Notes under the pieces: generated by a model
Seen by the model: the letters and a program-made list of their open reading frames with translations, nothing else
The model's database searches: none
What the model was told of the DNA's origin: nothing
In this document: positions 1-8,743 of the stretch, in pieces
Numbering within the stretch: the first letter of the stretch is position 1
Layout: every line of letters starts with the position of its first letter
Assembly: GCA_001275005.1 (NCBI GenBank)
Contig: JWZX01002920.1
Span: 1 to 33,789 of the forward strand
Direction of reading: 5' to 3'
Length of the DNA: 33,789 nucleotides
Source: Chrysochromulina tobinii
Lineage: Eukaryota
Made by a program: the position numbers and the translations under genes

Positions 1-821
1 AAAGCTAGTGTAAGCGGTCTTCGCCCACTTCTTCCCTCTAGATCGCCTGTGGGGGATCTGAGGAGCTACTCTCGAACTCTCGCAACAGGACGGACGGCAT
101 CAGAGAAGTCTAGTTCGGGAAAAGGAAGCTTCTTTCATCACAAGTTCACAACGTACAAACGCTTCATTCACAACAACCAGTCAGTCGTTTTCGTCGAGGT
201 CACCCCGCGTTTCACCACACCACCGTCTCAAAAGACGGCTCCGCTCCCTTCGGTAAACACAAGTACTGAGTACTCGCTCGCTCGGGCTACTCAATTTCGC
301 TAGTGAGGTCGGTCTCTCCGAGCACACAGGGTGATCTCTGGTGCTCGCTGCCCTATACTGCCCGGCGGGATTGTGATAGGCAATCAGTTGGGAGGGTTGG
401 GGGAGTGGGGTCAGGGTTTTGTCAACCGTCATCATAGCTCTGCCATCGTTGTCTTGCCGCTTATTGCCGCAGCCTCTACAGTCCGTGCGTGGGAGGTGGG
501 TAGGGCGCTTCTGTCAATCATGTCGATCATCCTCGGGCCGATCTTCATTTCCTCCGTTAGGCTGCCTGTCGCTATTTTCGCATCGGCGATGTGCGGTATC
601 TTTTGCTTTCGCGGTCCCGTCCTGTGGCCGGTCTCGTCGTATGTGGCTACCCTGTTCCGCCGTCGCGCTCGACCTGCCAGTACTACTCGGTCCCCGCAGT
701 ACCGCGGGCGCTAATTTCGTCAGATTTTGGGCGCAATTGCGACACGAGGTGCGTGAAGTCGGTGCGTGAAGTCTTCTCCTGACCCCGAAGACTTCTCTGG
801 CCGACCCTTCCTACAGTAGTA

Positions 822-1323
822 AAGTGGTGGCAAGTCAAGTCAAGTCAAATTCAAAATGGTGGTCGCCACTCCGCCTCCTTTGGTGCCCCTCGCTGGCTCG
901 AGCCGCGACGCGGCGCCGACCGACCCCGAACTCCTCGGTCGAGGCGACTTTGCCCCCCGCTTTCTCTTCCCCAATCCCCCCTTCTTATACTTGACGCCAG
1001 GCCGATCTCGAGCCGATTTCCTCTTTGGCGTAAGAATGGCGCTCATAAGGCGCTCATCGGCTCGAGATCGGCCCGCTACTTCTCACCTACTCAAGCCTAC
1101 TGCCCTACTCGTTCTCCCGAGGGCACGTAGGTGAGCATCTATGACGTGTCACCTCATTATGGATCCTTTCCGCCATCCGATCTCCGCCCACTCCCTTCCA
1201 CAACTCTCAACTGCATGTGCACAACTGCTGGCCTCCGGGAGCACTTTCGATAGGCTTCCGTTTGGTTCGTCTGGTCGCGTCTGTTCGTTTTTATATACCT
1301 AATAAAAAGACTTGACTTGACTT
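822..1323. mobile_element. Candidate non-autonomous DNA transposon (MITE-like), ~500 bp
   Basis: Perfect 15-bp inverted repeat AAGTCAAGTCAAGTC (832-846) / GACTTGACTTGACTT (1309-1323). The segment starts AAGT (822) and ends ACTT (1323). It is flanked by the 8-bp direct repeat CAGTAGTA (814-821 and 1324-1331). No transposase inside, and the left TIR is offset by 10 bp. Confidence 0.3.
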
Positions 1324-1487
1324 CAGTAGTACTGCTGCTGTGAAACACACGACGAGGGACTCTCCGGACCCCCTAGCACAAGGGCCTCTATCGCTATGGA
1401 CGGAGGTGTGGCGACACAACCTGGCGATACACTGTGTTCACACAGCGCTAATCGGCAGAAGGTGGGGGGAAATCATAAGTTGCTGTT

Positions 1488-4414
1488 TCAATGATTATGG
1501 CAGCCGATGTGGGCGAGCTTTTCGGCGCGCACGACCACAAAAGCCGCTGTACCGATGCGGCGGCTGCAGACGATGCACTGTGCATCCTCGCGCACGATGA
1601 TGCGCTTCGAGCGCTTCTCGAGGAGTTCGGCGCGCGTCTGGACGGACACGGCACGCAGCAGCGCCGCGTGGATCTGCGCGTGGTGCACCCGGTTCGAGGC
1701 CGTGACGAGTAGGGCACCCAGCCCAGGCGCAAAGTCGGCGACGGGGCGCGAGGGCGGCAGCCGGCGGAGGGCCTCGACGGCCGGCACACTCTCAGGCCAG
1801 TGCGTGAGCAGATCGTTGGCCGCGCTCAGCTTCGGCGGGCCGCCGTTGGGCGGACTCACGTAACGGTCGAGCAGCTTGAGGTAAAGTGACGTGGCAGCGC
1901 CCGAGACGGCGCCGTGGGACGCGGGCGACACGCCGTGCGCGGCGGCGGCGGCGGCTTCGGCAGCGCCGGCGGCGTGCTCGGTGCAGTAAGCATACGCGAG
2001 CGCTGGAGCGCTGGTCGAGTCGGAGATTGAAAGCAGATCGAGCGCCTCATCGTGCCGATGCAGCGCGCCCAGCAGCAAGAGCCGCGCACGCAGCAGGTGC
2101 TCAGGACGGCGCGTCGTCGCAGCATTGAGCTTGTCCAGCGTCGTCCCGAGCTCGAGGTCAGCACAGTGGTCACGCAGCAAGGCTAAGAGCCGGTCACGCG
2201 CCGCACTGGCCGGCGCCGACTCGTCCGCAGGAGGAAGCTCATCGCCGCCCGTGCCCATCAAGATGCAGGCATCGACGAGCGCGCCCACGACGGCGCGGCG
2301 CTCGGGCGCGGACTGCGCGAGGGCGAGCATCGACTCGAGCGCGCCAATGGTCGACGAGGGCGCCGCACTCCGCACGAGAGCGTAGGCGGCGGCGGGCTCG
2401 AGGAGCCAACGGCCCGACAACAGAGGACGCGCAGAGGACGGTTGTAACGGCTCGCACAAGAGCGGCCGCACCGCATTCGGCTCGCGCTCGAGCAGCCACG
2501 CGCCGTACCTGATGAGGGAGGCCATAGTACAGGTGATGAGGGAGGCAATGAGAGAGGCAGTGAGAGAGGCCCTCAGCAGCAATCACTGAGGTCATCAGCA
2601 GCCAGCAGAGGTGCTTAGAGGTGCTCAGAGGCGCTCAGAGGCGTTCGAGGCGCCACGCGCGCATACTTGCGCAGCAGGGCGCGGCCCTCGGGCGACGTGC
2701 CGTCCAGCTGGCGCAGGTAGCTGATCATCAAGTCGACTGGGCGTGGGAGCGGAGCGCTCCACTCGGCGCTCTCGCTGCCCTCGCTCTCGCGCGCCATGTT
2801 GGGCGCCCTGCTCGCGTCGAGGTCGGCGCCCGCGCCGTCGTGGGCGCTGCTCGACGAGCCGCGGTTCGAGAGGGTGCGGCGGTGGCCGCGCTTCTCCTCG
2901 TCGTGCGGACGGACGAGATCCTTGATGTCTCGGCCGAGCTCCTTGACGTGTCCCTTGATGTCTCGGCCGAGCTCCTTGACATGATGGCCAATATCTCGGC
3001 CGAGCTCCTTGACATCTCGGCCGAGCTCCTTGACGTGATCCTTGACATCTCGGCCGAGCTCCTTGACCACGTGGCCGAGCTCCTTGACCAGGTGGCCCGG
3101 CTTGTGCTCGGATTCCTTGCGCTCTCGACGTTCCCTGTCGGCCGCCGCCTCGGCTGCCTCGGCCGCCGCCGCAGCCACCGCCTCGGCCGCCTCGGTGGCC
3201 TTGCGCTGCTGCGTGGCAAGGGTATGCGCCTGGACGAGGCGGACGAGGTGCACGAGTGCGGACTCATGCTGCGCGGCGGCGGCGAGCGGTGGCAGAATGT
3301 GCGCCTCTGAGAGCAAGAGGGCTTCGTCAATTTCGCCCGAGAGCGCGAGCGACTGGGCATGCGCCGGAAGCGTAGGCGGCGTGAGCCGTTCCACAGAGTG
3401 TGCCGACAGGACAAAGACCGCTGGAGGGCGCAGCGCGGGCGGCTGCGGCGCCGTGCCCGCGCTCGCCAGGGCGATGGCACCCGCGAGCTGAGGCAACCGC
3501 TGCACGGGTGGACGGGCATGCAGCAGGGTGTGCACCTCGGCGCCGCGCTTGTGCAGTGCGACGAGGAATGGCGTCGCTGTGGCGAGCGCAAGGGGCGCCT
3601 CGCTCAGCGTGAGCGAGAAGCCCCGCGAGGGGCGGCCCACATTGTCGAGGAACACGCCGAGCGTTTCCTGCGAGAGCAACAGCACCTCGCCTCCGTCGAG
3701 CGACGCACCGAGCGGCTCCGTGTGCTTTGCTCCGCCGGGGATCGGCAGTACATCGGCCATCTCGAGAGCGGGCAGCGCGAGGCGCGCGTACCGGCCTCGC
3801 AGCGCGAGCCAGAGCTGGCGCTCGCCGCCCCACGCCATCCAGCGGATAGGCTCCTGGAGCGCGACCTCGGCAAGCGGTACGAAGCATGCTGCTTCCGCGT
3901 CGAAGAGCTGCTTACCCGCGCCTCCGGCCACGGCAGCCGTGGCCGCTTGCCAGCGGTAGAGGATGAGCTTCTTGCGGCCAGCGGCGGCGAGCCGGAAGCC
4001 ATCGGCGTTGTCCGCGTGCAGCATCGCGATCGACGTGCAGTCGACGCCACGCTCGAGCCGTGCGAGCGGCTTGAGCGAGGGCAGCTCGTGCGTGGTGACC
4101 GTGCCGTCGGCGAGGAGCAGCACGAGCATGCCGCACGGGCCGGCCGCGCACACCTGGACGATCGCGTGTTCGGCCGCCACCCGCACACGCCCCTGCAGCG
4201 TCATCGCGGTCGACGCTGGCGCCTCGCCTGCGCTCGCCTGCGCTGGCGGCGCAAGCCGCAGCAGCATTCCATCAGACGTGCCGATGGCGACATCGTCGCC
4301 CCAGGCGGCAAGCGCAGTGAGCTTGACGGATGGGTCCTCGTGCACCGTCGAAACAAGCCAGCCCGCTCCCGCTGGGGGAGCGCTGTGCGGAGGAGGTGGC
4401 TCGAGTCGACGCAT
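1488..4414 (-). CDS. VPS39: Vps39/Vam6/TGFBRAP1-like HOPS/CORVET subunit (CNH beta-propeller + helical region + C-terminal Vps39_2/zinc finger); 2 exons: 4414-2667, 2508-1488 (~922 aa)
   Basis: The N-terminus has CNH-like motifs (VAIGTSDGMLL, ETLGVFLDNVGRPSR, SEAPLALATATPFLVAL). The C-terminus reads EDAQCIVCSRRIGTAAFV...HIGC. The GT..AG intron 2666-2509 joins the two ORFs in frame (AA|G TAC GGC = K-Y-G). ATG at 4414; the longer ORF start is GTG. Confidence 0.85.
2509..2666 (-). other. Spliceosomal intron (158 bp) with short degenerate repeats
   Basis: Donor GTATGC, acceptor CATCAG, frame-restoring. Contains CCTCTGAGC-type and CCTCCCTCA-type repeats. Confidence 0.85.
2915..3095 (-). repeat. 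Coding tandem repeat (7/11-aa VKELGRD units) inside the Vps39-like gene
   Basis: Six KELG units: HLVKELGHVVKELGRDVKDHVKELGRDVKELGRDIGHHVKELGRDIKGHVKELGRDIKD. The DNA unit GGCCGAGCTCCTTGAC is repeated on the + strand. Confidence 0.9.
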
Positions 4415-4843
4415 GTCAGGGAAAAGGGAAGCGAGAAATCGTGCAACTCGGAAACGCCGAGTGTGAAAGCACGACTGTGAATGGCCAACTTTCGGAACAT
4501 TGCCGAAGATCAGACCCAAAGGAGCCTCAAGAACCGACCGACTCGCCAGACGCACGCGCATGACCACGCCAACCCCGGTGCCCACCCGGCGGCCGACTCA
4601 GAAGAGGCCGCTCCCGCGAACCCGCCCCGCCCCCATCCCGCACCTATCATACCGTTTAAAAGGCATGGACTCGATTTCGTGCCGCTCCTTCTTGCATCCT
4701 GGCCGGACGGCCGCTCGTGCGTATGCATCGCCAGCACTGCCTGACCGCCTCACACCCCTCACTCCCCGGCTGCACTTCCCTCGACGACGACTGCACCCCC
4801 CGCCCTACGCCGACTCCCACTCCCCACCGCCTTTCGCACTCCC

Positions 4844-6706
4844 TCAGCAGCTCGTCTGCACGAGCGGCCAAGCTGGCATCGCCTTCATCTGCTCGACGAC
4901 GGCCTCGGTTCCCCAAAAGGGCTCGGGGAAGGCCGGCACGTGCTGGCCGAGCGTGCTGGCGATGAGGACGTTCCCCGCTTCCACCTCGAGCACAAGCGAG
5001 CGCGTCGGCCCCGAGAGCACAAAGTTGAAGATCGCGTCGACGTGAAGCGCGACTGGCGCGCGGAGAGCATCCGCGCGCACCCAGCCGCGCGACGCATCTG
5101 GATGGTCCACCGGATGGTCGGGTGTGAGCACTGCGCCGCCCATGCAAACCATCTCCATTCGCCGTCCCACGCTAGCGCGCCACACGGCGGTCACGCGCTC
5201 ACCCACGCCGACCTCGTCGCCGACGGCGAGCTCGCGCGCGAGCTTGATGGTGCCGTCGGCCAGGACGATGCGCGCGTCACCGCCATAGCAGACAGGTGGT
5301 GCGCGATTGGGCTCGAGACTGAAGGCGTGACTCCACTCCAGGCGAAATGTCTCGGCGCCGTGTGCGCAAGCTGCCACGTAGGCCTCGACCACTTCCTTTG
5401 GAGTCTTGTCCTCCACCACGAGCTCAGCCTTCCAGGAGCGAGTGCCGGACAGCCTGTTGAGCCCGGCTCCTTCGCGCCACTCGTCGCGGTGGATCGGCTC
5501 CGGCGTATACGCGTACCACTCGTCGTCACGGCGCCTGACCGTCGGGATGATGGCCGCCGCAGACTCGCTGTAGATCGCTCCCCAGCTGCAGGCCGAGGGC
5601 GTAACCGTCCACTCGATGCCGCACGGCTTCTCGCAGATCTTCCCGCGGACATTGCCGGTCTCAGGCCACGCTGCGAGAGAAGAGAGCAGCTCTGCCTCGG
5701 TTGGCTTGAACTTGGAGGCCTGCTGGTCCCGAAAGACCCTGGCGAGCGTGTTCACGATTGGGATGAGCATCAGGCCGCTCGGCGGCCGAAGCACCACGAG
5801 ACGAGACGGGCCGAACGCCACGAGCTTGTCGCGGTTTCGGTCAGCACCAAAGCGCGCGTCATTCAAGCCGTCGCCGCCGTAAAAGGGCTCCGCCGGCACC
5901 TCACCGACACTGAGCTTGCGGCCGTCCACGTCAATCAACTTGACGATGTACACGCGGCCGGAGTTCGCGTCGGCCACCTCGCCACCCTCGATGAAGCCGC
6001 CAACCCGCTCCGATCTGAAGCCCATCTCGAGCAACCTCACGCTGCGCGTCGACAGGCGCTGCTTCCACGCCGCGAGCGCCGCGAGCGTGGCGGTCGACTT
6101 TTCGTCGCTCAGCTGACCGGGCTTGACGAGCGCCGTGACACATCCGGCAGCTGATCCCACGGGCGCAGCGGATCCCACGTGCTCCTCCTCCTCTACCGCC
6201 TCCTCTTCCGCTACGTGGCTCATACTGCGGCCACGCATGCTGCGGCGAGACGCCGCCGCAGACGACGAGCCGCCGCCCCCATAGCGCTTGTAAGCGGCTG
6301 CGGCCGCGGCGTCCTCCCTTGCGCGCTTATTCGTTGCTAGCTGGTCGGCGACTTGCTTTAGCTGGTCGGCGACTTGCTTGACCGCACTCCAGTCGTGCAT
6401 GAAGACGGTGCGCACCTCAGCAGGATCCAGAGCGATGTACAGGCGCATCGTGACGGTGAGGCCGGCGACAGGCTTCTGAAGAAGCTGAATCACATCCGCG
6501 TGATTGATCGCGAGGAGCTTGGATATCTCGCCGACCATGACAGGTGCGCGATCCCCCTGGATGAAGAGCAGCGTATCGAGCTGTGAGCGAATGGTGTCTC
6601 GCCAGAACGAGCACACCTCTTGCAGTGAGGTAAGAGATTGCAGGCTGGGCGTGGCCGATGGGTGGATGAGGATGCTCATCAGCTCGTCGGTATCCTCAGC
6701 GAGCAT
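4844..6706 (-). CDS. Protein with N-terminal F-box-like motif, unknown central region and C-terminal Vint-type Hint (hedgehog/intein) domain (~620 aa)
   Basis: Hint motifs: CYGGDARIVLADG...ELAVGDEV (block A, Cys codon at 5290-5288), LTPDHP (block B TxxH), IFNFVL, and an STLGQH...PFWGTEAV Vint-like tail. The N-terminal LAEDTDELMSILI...LTSLQEVCSFWR resembles an F-box (weaker call). ATG at 6706. Confidence 0.8.
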   Translation of the reverse strand: MLAEDTDELMSILIHPSATPSLQSLTSLQEVCSFWRDTIRSQLDTLLFIQGDRAPVMVGEISKLLAINHADVIQLLQKPVAGLTVTMRLYIALDPAEVRTVFMHDWSAVKQVADQLKQVADQLATNKRAREDAAAAAAYKRYGGGGSSSAAASRRSMRGRSMSHVAEEEAVEEEEHVGSAAPVGSAAGCVTALVKPGQLSDEKSTATLAALAAWKQRLSTRSVRLLEMGFRSERVGGFIEGGEVADANSGRVYIVKLIDVDGRKLSVGEVPAEPFYGGDGLNDARFGADRNRDKLVAFGPSRLVVLRPPSGLMLIPIVNTLARVFRDQQASKFKPTEAELLSSLAAWPETGNVRGKICEKPCGIEWTVTPSACSWGAIYSESAAAIIPTVRRRDDEWYAYTPEPIHRDEWREGAGLNRLSGTRSWKAELVVEDKTPKEVVEAYVAACAHGAETFRLEWSHAFSLEPNRAPPVCYGGDARIVLADGTIKLARELAVGDEVGVGERVTAVWRASVGRRMEMVCMGGAVLTPDHPVDHPDASRGWVRADALRAPVALHVDAIFNFVLSGPTRSLVLEVEAGNVLIASTLGQHVPAFPEPFWGTEAVVEQMKAMPAWPLVQTSC

Positions 6707-7038
6707 GACCACCAGTCCCGCTCTATCTTCTCACCCACCTTTGCTCCGAGCACTGCAGGCCCCGCCTGCTAAAGGTAGTCGTACGAAGCGCGTGCTGGGG
6801 ACACGACGAAACCGACGCTTGCTTTCTGAAGAGACGGTGCCAGCTCAGCGCGGCTGGCGGCCGCCCCCGTGCGCGAACCGCCCCCTTACCCGCCATGGTG
6901 TTAAGGGGGGTGTGAATGTGAATGTGTGTCTGTGTGATTTCTAACACAGTTGAGTGTCACTACCGGGTACCTTGGAATGCTGTACGCTGTACGAATACGC
7001 CCCGGCCCATACGATCGTCGCGCTCACCAGCGTCACCT

Positions 7039-8514
7039 TCAGCGTTTCTTCTCGAGCGTGGCGATGGCCTTGTCGAGCGCCTCGAGGATGGTGGCCTCGC
7101 TCATCGGCTTGATGACGATGCCATCCTTGTCCATCTCGGCGCGCGTAACGCGCACGCGCGCGTACGGCTCGGTCTCCGCATGCAAGTACAGAGCGCCGTC
7201 GGGCGTCGCCTTGCTTTGCTTGGAGCTCGCCTTCGCCTTTGCCCACTTCTCGTCGTCCGTCTCCCGTTGATCGAAGTTGGCGTAGCGGACGTTAGGGTTC
7301 TTCTGCACAAAACGCAAAATGACGCCGCGCCCGCCCTCGAGGTCGTCGAGCTCGACAGGCGTCGTCAGCCCTGCCCCGGGCTGCACGAAACGCAACGCGA
7401 ACTCTCTCAGCCAACCCCGAAGCTCGTCGCCGTCGATTGCGGCAGCGTCGCCGCCGAGCGCACGCCGGTAGAGCTCGGGACCCACGAGCTTGAGGAATTC
7501 GTCAGCCCAATGGGACTCATCGGGGGCCGCCGCACCGACGAGGTCCCTGGCGAGCGGCGCGACTGAGAAGGATGCATTCACCGCCTCCTGGCGGCTCAGG
7601 CTCTGCAAGAGCACCGAGCTCGCGCTGCCGATCGTCACGTCGCCCTGGAGCGCGTCGCCAGATGCGATCTCGGCGCGGCGGGGGGCGCCGTCGGCGTCGA
7701 CGAGCTTGCCGACGCGCACGACGGAGAAGGACGGCAGCCGCCCCTTGGCACGCAGGATCACCTCCTGCTCCGCCGCACGCAACTTGTCCAGTGGCCCTCC
7801 CCATGCGTTCACCAGACTGAAAGGCAATTTGTCGGCCCGTTCGACGCCGTGCGACGATAGGAAGACGACGCGACGCAAGCCGTCCGGTATCGCAGCGACG
7901 AGCGCCTTGACCTGTTCCGTCTCGACGCCGCCCTTTCCGCCCGCCGCTGCCGACACGATGATCAGAGCACTTGCACCCTCGAGCGCCTTCCGCAGCTCCG
8001 CGCCCGAGGCCGCTGGCGCGCCTTCAACGCCGAGGCGCGCCATCTCGCCGATGCTCTCGCCCTTATTGAGCAGCACGCGAAGCGACCAGCCGGCGTCGGC
8101 GGCAAATCTGGCGCGCAGCAGCGACTTGCCAACGGCCGTGTTCCCACCCGCGATGGCCACGATGCTGCCGCGCGGAACGTCATTCCGCGGCGGTGCAACG
8201 GCGGCCACTGCATCGCCCGTCACACTCACCATGGACTCTGGCACCTCGCTCGCTCTCTCTGGTCCCAGGATGAGCTCGATCTCCTCGTCGTCGATCTCGC
8301 CCATGCTATCTTCCAGCAAGGCCTCCGCTTCTTTGAGCCGCGCCATCTCAGCTCGCAGCTCGGTAACCCTCCGTTGCTGTTCGGTCGGATCGGAGCTGCA
8401 GCGCGGGTGTACCACTCGCGATGGTGCGATTCCGGTTCCAAATTTCAATTGCAACGGCCCCGGGGAGAGCAGCAACCCGCACGCAGACGCGAGCGCCACG
8501 AAATGAAGCACCAT
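7039..8514 (-). CDS. Plastid-targeted NAD(P)-binding Rossmann-fold protein (atypical SDR, NmrA/Tic62-like) with extra C-terminal domain
   Basis: Signal-peptide-like MVLHFVALASACGLLL followed by a transit-like segment. Motifs: IVAIAGGNTAVGKSL, RRVVFLSSHGVER, KLRAAEQEV, FSVVRVGKL. ATG at 8514. Confidence 0.75.
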   Translation of the reverse strand: MVLHFVALASACGLLLSPGPLQLKFGTGIAPSRVVHPRCSSDPTEQQRRVTELRAEMARLKEAEALLEDSMGEIDDEEIELILGPERASEVPESMVSVTGDAVAAVAPPRNDVPRGSIVAIAGGNTAVGKSLLRARFAADAGWSLRVLLNKGESIGEMARLGVEGAPAASGAELRKALEGASALIIVSAAAGGKGGVETEQVKALVAAIPDGLRRVVFLSSHGVERADKLPFSLVNAWGGPLDKLRAAEQEVILRAKGRLPSFSVVRVGKLVDADGAPRRAEIASGDALQGDVTIGSASSVLLQSLSRQEAVNASFSVAPLARDLVGAAAPDESHWADEFLKLVGPELYRRALGGDAAAIDGDELRGWLREFALRFVQPGAGLTTPVELDDLEGGRGVILRFVQKNPNVRYANFDQRETDDEKWAKAKASSKQSKATPDGALYLHAETEPYARVRVTRAEMDKDGIVIKPMSEATILEALDKAIATLEKKR

Positions 8515-8743
8515 GTGCTGTGCTTGCATTTTGCAATTAACGATACTCAAATCGAAATCCAAACTGCTTCCACATTCGTTTGTTGAGGCTTGACACTTTT
8601 GGTCTAGTCCCTCAAGATATTCCGGCTCCCCCGGTGACTTTTTGCCGGAGTTCCCTAGGGGAGGCGCGCGCTCCTCGTGTGCATCAGTTTGTGCATCCTC
8701 CCCCACCCTGGTCGAAGCAACCTTCGCGACTGCTTGCTTTGGC

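Noticed and set aside
1..800. ORFs 49-303, 331-714 and 419-769, or a retroelement remnant
   Set aside because: Non-ATG starts, no recognisable motifs, and no RT/integrase/transposase signature seen.
4844..5290. Canonical self-splicing intein or homing element
   Set aside because: No terminal His-Asn + Cys/Ser/Thr junction with a host C-extein and no endonuclease motifs; fits a Vint-type Hint instead.
3359..6154. Long + strand ORFs 3359-4480 and 4940-6154 (and similar antisense ORFs throughout the window)
   Set aside because: Shadow ORFs from GC-rich codon bias, opposite well-supported genes.
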